Below the pieces are notes generated by a model, which saw nothing but the letters and a program-made list of their open reading frames with translations, searched no databases and was not told where the DNA came from. This document shows, piece by piece, positions 1 through 11,219 of a DNA stretch of 64,000 nt. Made by a program: the position numbers and the translations under genes. Source of the stretch: Psammoneis japonica (taxonomy: Eukaryota); NCBI GenBank assembly GCA_008632985.1, contig QPGO01000120.1, positions 1 to 64,000 of the forward strand. Reading direction: 5' to 3'. Within the stretch, counting starts at the first letter, position 1. Each line of letters opens with the position of its first letter.

Positions 1-1092
1 GCTCTTGAAAAGAGTCAGTCACCAACAACGGCAACAATGACATCCCTGCCTTGCAGGGAAAGTGTCTTGACAAAGACTCAGATGATGAAGATGACAAAAG
101 GAAGAAAACAATCAGCACACGCAAGGCTTCATTCGGTCGCTCCGACATGACACAGCGGGCCAGTCCGTCGAATCCAAGGTGGCTCATGTTGGTCCCCACC
201 AGCCTGATGTGATCAAGCACAGCATTGCACACCAAGCCACTTCACAAGTCCAGCCCAACCAGCAACTGCTCCTTGCCACCGCTTGGTGTTTTGACCATGG
301 ACAATGTGAATTTCTCCACAATCCAGAGATCAAATGTGGAGACATTGTTGACACTGTCAATGTTCGTTGCATGATTCTGTTTAAAGAATGACTCCAATGT
401 GCAATTGGGGAGGCAAGTGCAGTGTGCATTTTCATGTGCACATTCACAATTGTGAGTCATGAGTGTTGTGCACGTCATTTGCACCACAGTCGTGGGTGGA
501 CACAAAGGACAGATCGATCACACACACAGAGTTGACAGGATGTCAAGAGTTGCAAATGCAGTTGATCAATGACACTGACAGACAAGATGTCAATGCAAAT
601 CAAGTGTGGACAATCTGTTGTCATGATCAGATTCTCCAAGAGGCCTTCAGTTTGCAGAAGCAGTGCCAAGGCTTCAGGCCATTGAGGACCCCTTCAGAGA
701 ATCCCAAAACAGCAGAGTGAAATCTAATCTCATGATTTCTGCTTTTTGTGATTTGTTCCACTTTCATGCACACTTGTTCTTTGAGCACAGCGCGTGCTGG
801 CATTTGAAGCATCAAGTCATTTGGGTGGCTCTGGCACTTGTGGTGGTTGGAGCCTTTGCACTGCCACAGGCGGTGATGGCTGGAGTCTTGCACCAAACAA
901 CAGCCAAAGCAGCCAGCATCAAGTTGAGGGCAACACTTGCACTTCAAAGCACTTGAAACTTTGAGCTCAGAGGCTGTTTTGTTCAGGGTCATCCAAAGTG
1001 CCATCAGCCTGCAGCACATTGTCAACCCTGTTGAAAGAGTTGTCCGGCTTGCAAAGCTTGATCACAATGTGAGATTTTTCCTTTCACTCATT
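1..1092. mobile_element. Highly degenerate repeat/TE relic (TpA- and CpG-depleted)
   Basis: Almost no TA and few CG dinucleotides, no credible ORF. 1025-1080 (ccctgttgaaagagttgtc...gcaaagcttgat) resembles 10870-10920, so it is repeat-derived. Confidence 0.5.
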
Positions 1093-1097
1093 GGCAC

Positions 1098-1373
1098 TGA
1101 CAGGATTTGAACAGGATTTAGGTGCGCGCGAAGTATCGCGCGCTGTTTAGTTTACCGTGCACAGTTTTGTGTGCTTTAGTTCCGCGCGTTCACGCGCGAT
1201 GTAGTTTGCTTTCGAGCCACAAGGCTCACAAGAACAACAACAGTAGCCCGATTGTGCCGACTTACACGTCTTTCGGCTCCTGCAACGGTCTCTGAGCGGA
1301 GACTCATCTGCCATTTAGACAGCAGTAAGGAGTCATTGTTTGAATTCTTGCCATTTGCCTTCATTTTCTGTCA
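1098..1373 (+). repeat. 5' LTR of copia element
   Basis: Direct repeat of 7929-8204 with 13 mismatches and no indels; TG...CA termini. Confidence 0.97.
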
Positions 1374-2314
1374 GATTAACAGTCTTGCTCATTGTCAACC
1401 CATTGAGCAACCGCCATCGTCGTCGTTGATTTACCAACGACGCTATTTCAATTCTACGTGGACCTCCGTGTGTGTTCTACATACATCGGCAAGTCTACGC
1501 GCATTCAATACCAGGGCATCGGCAGGAAGTTAACGTCACCGTCAAGTCTCCTTACCGCTGGATATCTGGATTGATTGTACTGCCTTTGATCGCTGAAGAC
1601 TTGTGTTCAACGGTCATATCCAAGTCTATCCTTGATCAACATCCCTTGACACACCTGTTCCTCGGTTGACGGTCAAGAACCCTGCATGTTCAAGGATCTT
1701 AGTCGCTGAAGACACATGCATGTGTGTCACATCTTCACGGCCAAGAACCTTTATCCACTCTTCGGACTGCGGTTTTGCTGCCACTCTACAAGCACACCGA
1801 GTCCATTGCACCTGATCTACCCCGGACTGCTGGTGCTCTGCAGTTCCACTGGGTCCACGAGGACGACTGTGAGAGCAGGCAGCCGTGATTGCAGCCTGCG
1901 TTGGGGCGAGGGTGCTTTCCCGCGTTTGTTCGTTCGTCCACAGCGCCTGACGCCTGCGTCAACTGGCCAGCCTGATCGGGAAATCCAACCGACATAAAAC
2001 AAGAACGGTTCGGGGGTCTTGTCCACCTCTAGTCAGCTCACCTGCAGGGGTTTACAACCCGCTGCTCCGCTCGCAAGCAACCCAAAGCGCCACCAGCTGC
2101 GGGTTCGGACGTGCCGGCACAACTCTGCGGACCGGACAGGAAGTTTAGCACTTGACAACGAACGGGATGACAAACCCCGGCGACTTCTGATCTCAAGACA
2201 GTTCAAGATTTCAAGTCAAGTCCATTTCAAGTCAAGTCTGTTCTCACCCAAGTTTCGAGTCTACCTTCGCTTCCCAACCAGAATTGATTGTCCTGACACC
2301 ACTTTTTGTCTGCC

Positions 2315-5300
2315 ATGGTTCTCACTCGTCAGCAACAAACCGATGGTTTCGAGCACGTGGTTGGAACCGTGCTTGCCCAAGGTGCTGGGAGTCCTCTTCG
2401 TTTGGCTTTGGCCCAAGACGGCACGGACTCGCGTCAGGAACTGTTCACGTTCATGCCGTCCCAAATCGACTCGCTTGAGTGCGACAACGGCGCTAATGCA
2501 ATCCCTTTGCCCCGTGGTCATAAGAACATGTTAGCAGCACTGGTCAGTCTGTGCATTGTCAAAGCACACAAAGGTCTTGACGTTGCCAACGACTCCTCTT
2601 TGTTCACGCATGACGAGTTCCTTGCCACCGCCTCAGCCCCGACTGCATGTCTTCTGTGTCCATCGGCAGCTCACCCCTTGCACCTCCACATGTCACCAAC
2701 CCGACCAAGGCACGCGACCCGGTGCGGGACTTCAAGCGAGGCATCAAGCGTGATCCCACCGCTTTACGGCTCTCAAATCCGACAAGCAGTGGCACACTTG
2801 GCACACCTCACTTGTGGCACAAGCCCGTGCCCAAGACGTCGAGTGCATTCTAGACTCGTCGTACAAACCGACCAGCCCCGAAGACAAACTGCTCTTTGCT
2901 GAACAGCAAAAGTGCATGTTCGCCGTCTTCGAACGCATCCTTCTCACCGACAAGGGCAAGGCTCTCATTCGCGAAAATGTGGGGTCTTCTGACGCACAGA
3001 CCGTCTGCCGCTCCTTGTCTGAGTGCGCGCTTGCCTCCACCCGCGCATCTGTCGAGTCCTCCACCCTGCTCACATGCCTCACCACCGCGCGTCTTGGTGA
3101 TGGCACTTGGAAAGGTCCGACCCACGGGTTCATCCTTCATTGGCAAGATCAGTTGCGCAAGTGCGAGGCACTCATCCCGGCCAGTGACCACTTCTCTGAA
3201 GGACAGAAGCGCGTCATGCTCGAGAATGCCGTGCACCCTGTCGAGGAACTCCGTGCTGTCAAGAACCAAGCTGATCAGCATCGTACGCAGAGCGGCAAGA
3301 GCCTCACATGCGATCAATGCTGTGGCTTGCTCCTCTCCGCGGCAGCTCAGTGCGACAGCACGTTTCAACCCAAGACGACACCTCGAGCTCCCCGACGCGC
3401 CACATGCGCACACGACGTCTGCTCCGAGGAACCGTCCGACGATGTGTTCTACGACATTGACAGTGACGTTGATGTCCTTCAAGCCAATGCTGCCTGCACC
3501 CGCGGTCCCAGCCTCACCGGTGTCCAATGGAGACGTCTCCCTCCCGACCACCAACGGCTTTGGGATTCGTTGCCCGATTCCTCCAGGGCGATCATCCTTG
3601 AGCATTCTCGTCCACCTCCCCGCAACCCGCGAGCCAGCAACTGCCATGAGTCTGTTACGGCCAACCTTCATGACCAACGCCTTGGGAGTGACGGTGATGT
3701 CAACTTGTCCAACACGACTCCCGCTGACTCTGGTGACTCCGCTCCACATGTGGACGCCACTTCGGATAATCCCATCCTGGCGCACCTCACCAAGCGCAAG
3801 CCACTGCCACCCGGTGATCTGCAACGTCTGTTGTCTCCCAACCAAGCTCCCAATGCCAGTCGACCGGGGCCATCCGCCGCTTCCTCTACCCCGCCAGCTT
3901 CTGCAGATGACACAGAACTTAACGGCCGCACTTGCCACCGCGTTAACAACCACAATGTCATTTGCTCTGCCTCTGCTCATCGCTCCACACGCACTGGCGC
4001 TCTAGTCGATCGTGGGGCCAACGGCGGCATTGCTGGCGACGACGTTCGCGTCATTGCACGCACCTCTCGCCAAGTCGACGTTCAGGGCATTGACGATCAT
4101 CAATTGGTGGACATCCCCATTGTCACCGCTGGTGCCGTATTGAGACCCAGCGTGGTCCCGTCATCGCCATCCTCCATCAGTGCGCATGCACGGGAAAGGG
4201 CAAGACCATCCATTCCTGCGGCCAGCTCGAATGGTACAAACAGGATGTCAACGATCGCTCTGTCAAGGTGCCCAACGGCTTGCAACGCATTGCCACTCCT
4301 GATGGCTATGTCATCCCCATTGACATCAAGGCTGGCCTGCCTTGTGTTGCCATGCGACCTTACACTGACGCCGAATGGGACACCCTGCCCCATGTCATCC
4401 TCACCGGTGATGACACATGGGACCCTTCCGTCCTCGATCACTCTGTCACTGACGACGACCAGTGGTGCGACGCGATCTCTGACCTGCAGGACGATCCCAC
4501 TGCCAACCCATTTGACGAATGCGGCAACTGCCGTCATCGTGTCGTTGTCAACGAGACCATCATGTCCGCTTCCTTGTCTGCCGATCACGCGTCCGCCCTC
4601 GATGATCACCTCATTCCGAATGACGACGTGTTCTACGAGTGTCATCTGCATGCGCTTGGCCCCCAGGGCGATGACGTTCCACCTCCGGAGCGCACTGTAC
4701 AGCCCAAGGACCCCCCCTTCGAGTCTCTTCGGCCTCACTTTGGCTTCCCACCTGCCGATGCGGTCCGTCGTACTTTTGACTGCACCACGCAGTGCGCCCG
4801 CATGCCCGCTGGTGCACACCTTCGCAAGGCCCACAAATCACCCAACCCCGCCCTCAATGTGCACCGCCGCAACGAGCCTGTCGCCACTGACACCGTTCAT
4901 GCCGACACCCCGGCCGTCGACTCTGGTTGCACCAGCGCCCAACTGTTTGTTGGCACCGAGTCTGCCGTCACTGACGTCTACGGCACTAAGATGGACAAAG
5001 AGTTTGTCAACACACTCAAGGATCAGATCCGTGAACGTGGTGCCCCATCCAAACTCATTGGCGATCGTGCTCAAGTTGAGATCAGCAACAAAGTGCTCGG
5101 GATCCTGCGCGCCCTCTTCCTCTCTAGATGGCAAAGTGAGCCTCACCAGCAACACCAAAACTTTGCCGAGCATCGACACCAGACCGTGAAGCGCATGGCG
5201 AACACTGTCATGGATCGTTTTGGTTCACCCGCCCATGCATGGCTGCTGGCGCTCATGTGCGTGTGCTTCACACTCAACCATGCAGCGTCCCCACGTCTCC

Positions 5301-7981
5301 ACTGGCGCACGCCCCTCGAGACTCTCACTGGCTCCACCCCGGACATCAGCCCATTGCTTCGCTTTCACTGGTGGGAACCCGTGCACTTCCACCTCGATGA
5401 CTCCGATTGGCCGTCCGAATCCCGTGAGTTGCGTGGACGCTTCGTTGGCATTGCTGAGCATGTCGGCCACCAGATGACCTTCAAGATTCTCTCTGACGAG
5501 ACTCAGAAGATCCTCTGCCGGTCCAACGTCCGCTCCGCTACCCCCGATCCTGCCGTTCGAAACCTGCGTCTTGATCCTCCTGATGGGGAGCCACCTGAAC
5601 CCATCATCAAATCTCGCCATGACGACAACCCCGTCGACTCTCCTGATGGGGAGATCAGGACACCCAAGATGCCAGTTTTCGATCCGCAAGACATCATTGG
5701 ACGCACCTTCCTCATGCAGCCACAAGAGGACGGACAACGCCACAGAGCTCGCATCGTCAAGGCCGTCGAAGACCACGAATGGAAAGTGAACGGCAATCCC
5801 GAGCTCACTAAGTTCGTCTGCTCTGTCAACAATGACGAATACGAGGAAGTCCTTGCCTGCAATGACATCATGAATCACATTGAGCAAGAAGACGAAGACA
5901 CCACTGTTTGGAAATTTCGACGCATCGTGTCACACGAAGGACCTCTGAAGCCTCACGACCCAACCTGGAAAGGCTCCAGCTACAACATCATGCTTGAATG
6001 GGAAAGTGGGGAGATCACGTCCGAGCCTCTTGCCATCATCGCCAAGGACGACCCCGTCACCTGTGCCATCTATGCACGAGAGAACGGACTCCTCGACACG
6101 GATGGCTGGAAGCGGTTCCGCACCATCGCGAGGCGCCAAAAGAAGCCATTTCGCATGGCCAACCAAGCCAAGCTTCGCTCCTTCCGCACTGCACCTCGCT
6201 ACAAGCATGGACACGAAGTTCCCCGGAACTACAAACACGCCATGTCACTAGACGAACGCAACAGCAACCGCAAGTGGGGAGACGCAACTAATCTCGAGAT
6301 GGACCAACTCGACGAATACGAAGTCTTCCATGACTGCGGGCCCTTCAAGTCTTCCACTCCTCCTGCGGGACACAAGAAGATCCGAGTGCACCCAGTGTGC
6401 GACGTGAAACACGACGGTCGCCACAAGGCACGACTCGTAGCCGACGGGCACCTCACGGACGTACCTGTCGACAGTGTCCACTCCAGAGCAGTCTCCCTCC
6501 GTGGCCTTCGGCTGATGATTTTCCTGGCCGAACTCAACGAGTTGGAGACATGGGCCACCGACATTGGCAATGCCTGCCTTGAAGCCACCACCAAGGAGAA
6601 GCTTTACATTGCAGCTGGACCCGAGTTCAGCAAACTCGAAGGACACATCCTTGTCATCCACAAGGCACTGCATGGACTTCGCAGCTCCGGTCTCCGCTGG
6701 CACGAGCGCTTCGCCGACTGCCTGCGAGCTGAAGGCTTCTTCCCCTGCCGTGCCGAACCCGACATTTGGATGCGCAGGAACGGCGACCACTGTGAACACA
6801 TTGCCGTTTATGTGGATGACCTCGCCATTGCCATGAAGGACCCTCAATCTTTCGTCGACACTCTCACGGAAAAGCACAAGTTCAAGCTCAAGGGTGCGGG
6901 ACCCATTGAGTTCCATCTGGGTTGCGACTTTTCCCGGGAACCCGACGGAACCTTGTGCCTGTCTCCGCGCAAGTACATCGAGCGCATGGTCGACAGCTGT
7001 TCCCGACTGTTTGGGGAGAAACCTGCCACCAACGCCCTGTCACCTCTGGAGAAGGGTGACCACCCCGAACTGGACACTTCCGAACTGCTGGGACCCGATG
7101 GCATTCACAAGTTCCAGTCTCTTGTTGGTTCACTCCAATGGGCAGTGTCCCTTGGTCGAATTGACATTACCACGGCCGTCATGTCACTCTCCAGCTTCCG
7201 AGCTGCACCCCATCAAGGCCACTTGGATCGTGCCAAACGCGTCTGTGGGTGCCTCTCCAAGATGCGACACGGTGCTCTCCGCGTTCGCACGGAAGAGCCC
7301 GACCACTCGGATCTCCCTGCTCCGGCCTGTGAATGGATGCATTCCGTGTGTGGTGAAGCAGAAGAGATTGTCCCGAAGGACGCTCCACCGCCCCTTGGCA
7401 AGTTCGTCACTGCCACCCACTGCGTCGATGCAAACTTGTGCCATTGCATGCTCACCGGACGCTCTGTCATGGGAATGCTCCACTTCCTCAACAAATTCCC
7501 GGCTGATTGGTTCTCTAGGAAACAAGCCACCGTGGAGACTGCGACCTGCGGGTCTGAATTTGTTGCCGCAAGGACTTGTGTTGAGCAGATTATCGACCTG
7601 CGCATCACCCTGCGCTGCCTTGGCGTCCCGATCCGTAACGTCAGTTACATGTTCGGTGACAACAAGTCGGTTGTAGACAGTGCCACCATCCCGCACTCCA
7701 AGTTACACAAGCGACACACCGCACTGTCGTTCCACCGTGTGCGTGAGGCAATTGCCTCTGGTTGCCTTGAGTTCCACTTCATCGAAGGCTCCCGCAACCC
7801 TGCTGACATTCTCAGCAAGCATTGGGGTCACTCCCAAATCTGGGACCTTCTCCGCCCCCTCATGTTCTGGAACTTCATTCCATCCGAAGTCGAATCTGTT
7901 TCTGTGGCTCCTCAAGCAAACTGGGGAGTGACAGGATTTGAACAGGATTTAGGTGCGCGCGAAGTGTCGCGCGCTGTTTAG
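2315..7981 (+). pseudogene. copia gag-pol polyprotein, frameshifted and Tyr-depleted
   Basis: Protease LVDRGANGG, integrase (TDTV...SEPHQQHQNFAE), RT (KARLVADG, YVDD), RNase H (NPADILSK). Frameshifts near 2640, 2810 and 4140. Confidence 0.93.
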
Positions 7982-8204
7982 TTTGCCGTGCACAGTTTTG
8001 TGTGCTTTAGTTCCGCGCGTTCACGCGCGATGCAGTTTGCTTTCGAGCCACAAGGCTCACAAGAATAACAACAGTAGCCCGATTGTACCGACTTGCACGT
8101 CTTTCGGCTCCTGTGGCGGTCTCTGAGCGGAGACTCATCTGCTGTTTGGACAGCAGCAAGGAGTCATTGTTTGAATTCTTGCCATTTGCCTTCATTTTCT
8201 GTCA
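7929..8204 (+). repeat. 3' LTR of copia element
   Basis: Direct repeat of 1098-1373, preceded by the PPT and followed by TSD GGCAC. Confidence 0.97.
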
Positions 8205-10930
8205 GGCACCATGGTGTGGGCTGCTTTTCAGAGCCCGGAAAAAGTCAAAAAGAGGCATTCAAAGGTTGGGAGTGCAGCTGGCATTGCAAGCTGTTGAAAG
8301 CTTGGTCCAAAAGTTCCCGCAAAAAAGCTGAAAAATGTTGTGAGGTGCAGAAAATTCCAGCATTGCTGAAGAAAAAGAAGATGCAAGCCCAAGCTGCTTT
8401 GAGGCTGTTGGCAGCTGTTGACAGGCATTGCAGACAACAAAGTGGAAAGACAGCTCCAAAGCCTCCATGCAGCTGGGCTCATGTTGCCCTTTTGGCCCAG
8501 TGAAAGGCATCCAAGTGTGAGGAGGTCTCTGATGTTTCTTGGTCAAGAGCATGCAGCAGTGAGTTGGCTGGTGCTGGTGTGTCCCAAAAGGGTGCCCGCC
8601 TGGGCTTGGTGCTCCCCCAGCACAGGCCCATCCATGTGAGCAGTGTTTCTGGCAGAGGAAGAGAGCAGCAGCAGGGTCAGCAGTGCTGGAATGAGGAGGT
8701 GTTGAGTGGTCAAGCTTCTGACAAGCTTTGGCACACAAAAGAGAACCTTTAAAAGGTCTTTGCAGTGGCCTTGGGCAACAAGCCAGTCACAGAGCTGTGT
8801 GATGATCATGGAGAAATTGCTGAGATTTGCACTTTGAGCCCAGCATTGGCAAAGGCTGCCACACACAACACCCTGAAGGTTGGCTGAAGTTGGCAGAGCA
8901 CAGAGGTTGATGTCTTTCTGGCAGGTGCTTGTCTCCATTTGGCTGGCTGCTCCAACTGGCTTGAAAAGATCCAAGATGATTGCTTTGTCCTTCAAAGGGA
9001 AGTCACCACCCACACCTCAATGAGCCAACATCACCAAGCTCCCATTTGCTCTGTCTTGTTCACAAACTCCATCACATGGAGCTCAGCTGAACCAGTCTCA
9101 GCTGGGGGTGGGTGGAAAGCAGGTGGGATGCAGGGCTGTGCTCTTTGTTCTTGAGGTGCAGTTCAAAGTTCTGATGAAGCATTTCAAGCATGTGGAGCCA
9201 AATGTTGTGCACCTCATCTGTTGGGAGGCAAAGGCTGAGGTGACTTGACTCAAAACTTGTGGCTGAGACTTGGCAAAGATCCAGGCTTGGGGGATGGCCA
9301 GAGCCTTGTGCACAGTGCGCAGGATGTGGGAAGTCATGTTGCAGGTGCTGTTGCATTTTGGGGCACTCACACTGCCCCACAGCACATTTGCCTGTGTTGC
9401 CTCAAGGTGGCTTGTCTGGGTCAGGTGTGACAAAGCCATGAACTTGCTGGCAGTGCTCAGATGTCTCTTGGGTTGCTGCTGCAATGGGACAAATGGCTGC
9501 TTGGGGATGTGCGCCAGTCTCAACTGCAGAGCTGCTTCAGCAGCCCTTTTTTGCCCTGTGCCATGCCCCGTCCACCTTGGTTTGGTCTGCCTTTTTTTGG
9601 TTCACAGGTCTGGGCTTCAGCTTTTTGCAAGCTTGGCATGGGGTTTTGGGAGGTTGTGCTTTTGCTTCCCTTTTCTCTTTTTTTGCTTGGTTTTTGTGGT
9701 GAGTCTTTTGCAGATGTTGCCAATTTTGGGGCTCCCCAACAACACCGTTGGAGCTTTTTTTTTGTCTTGTTCAAAAGTTGTTGCTTGGCACATTTGGGCC
9801 CATCCTGTTCCAAGGCTGCACACACACACTGTCACACACAGTGGGACATGGTGCAACAAGTTTCTTGCATTCAAGGGTGGCAGTGGCAGCATGTGCAGCC
9901 TTGAGCTGTTTGCACGTTCTCTGCTTTGCAACGGCCTTGGCATTTGTCAGCTTCTGCTGCTCTTTCCAGCGCAGCAAGCTCTGGAGACCAAATGTGACAG
10001 AGCCTCAAAAAATTCCTCATTTTTTGGATCATGGCTGTTTCCATCTGCTTTTTGTTGCCTTGCATGCAGGTCACTGCACTGACTTCAAGCTGTGATGTCA
10101 ACAGAGTCCCTGGGAAAGTTTTGGAATCTTTGTGACAAGGAATCTTTCTGGCACTCCTTTGCAGTCAAGCTGGTGTGCAATTTCTTGGATGGCTTTGTTG
10201 TCAGCAATGCCAAGGCAGTCATTGTGCAGCATGGCAGCCAGCTCCCAGTCTGGCCAGGCACTTGGCAAGGAACACCCCTCCAAGGCATTTTGTGGCAATG
10301 TCACGTTGGCACAGCATCATTTTCTTTTTATTTTTAATGCAAAAAGTGCAGTGCTTGCAACAACAAATGCTTCAAGTCTCAGCTTCTTTGTGGCCTCCAA
10401 CTTTCACATGGCTGTTCAATGCACATGGTTCCCTGCTTCAAATTGGAAGCTGCCAATTGCCTTGTTGATGTTGGCAGCAAACTTTTTTGCTTTCTCACGT
10501 GGTCCCAAAGATTGTTGCTGAGTTGAACTTGACATTGATTCTGACAAGCTTGGTGATGAGGGGATGGTCTGCTGGGCCCGGGAATGCCAACCTGTGTGCT
10601 CAGATGTTGCCCCAACTTTGCAACCATGTGCAAGCAGCAAGTGATCCTGCAACACCCTGGAAAGCTGGAAGCTGTGCCTTGATTTGCTTGCGGCATGGTG
10701 ACAATTTGTCCAACTCACATTTTTCATCTGGTGTGCTGATGCTGATGGTTCAGCACCACATGCAAGGCCAAATTTGAGTGGGCGCACAGGCTGTTGCCAT
10801 CATCAAAGTTCACTGCACTGTTTTGGGGGTTGTCCAATGTGCAACCAGCATGCAGGAGCATGACAGCAGCCCTGTTAAAAGAGTTGTCTGGTGTGCAAAG
10901 CTTGATGATGTGAGCTTTTGCTTTCCTGGC
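8205..10930 (-). mobile_element. Ancient retroelement relic, probably Penelope-like
   Basis: ORF 8543-9013 (ILDL...TCQKDINL...GVVCGSLCQCW...WLVAQGH) recalls the C-terminal part of Penelope-like RTs with Y->C changes. Near-total loss of TA and CG. 10160-10215 is an inverted homolog of 25395-25450. Confidence 0.5.
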
Positions 10931-11219
10931 ATTGTCAAGTAGTGCGACAACACGGATGAAGCTTCCGCCTTGCCGTTGGTGTGGACCAGGGAACATCCCA
11001 AATATGTGTTGGCGGAAGAGTTCCCAGTGGAAAATATTGACTGAGCAAGGACCATCTCACAATAGACGACTATGACATACTGAAATAGATCTCATGACCA
11101 TGTCTGGTGCATGAAATTGGACCAAAGAAGATTGGCGTAACAAGCAAACTACCAGCATTCCACTGCCTAATTGACCGGAGAACTTAAACAAGAAACAGAG
11201 AAGGCAGCCCCACGCTGCG

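Larger units (their letters stand above)
1098..8204 (+). mobile_element. Full-length Ty1/copia LTR retrotransposon (CoDi-like), mutated
   Basis: 276-bp LTRs (TGACA...TGTCA), 5-bp TSD GGCAC at 1093-1097 and 8205-8209, polypurine tract GGGGAG at 7923-7928, domain order gag-PR-IN-RT-RH. Confidence 0.97.

Noticed and set aside
4130..4150. Programmed gag-pol ribosomal frameshift
   Set aside because: No slippery heptamer, the shift falls within the protease region, and other frameshifts exist upstream; most likely a 1-bp deletion.
6805..6820. Retention of YVDD in two copia copies as evidence of selection
   Set aside because: Both elements are already frameshifted, a fraction of TAs survives anyway, and the older relic has CVDD.
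4268..7981. Alternative genetic code (TGY/CAY read as Tyr)
   Set aside because: Neighbouring genes use TAY normally, and the same change occurs in non-coding LTRs and TIRs.
1098..8204. Classical fungal RIP (CpA->TpA) as the cause of LTR differences
   Set aside because: The direction is opposite: TA is depleted, conserved Tyr codons are lost, and no TAA/TAG stops accumulate.
9270..10082. Long Cys-rich ORFs as real genes (also 2850-3980, 14150-14821, 29414-30154)
   Set aside because: They are by-products of stop-codon erasure or antisense frames; they are nearly Tyr-free and have no recognisable domains.
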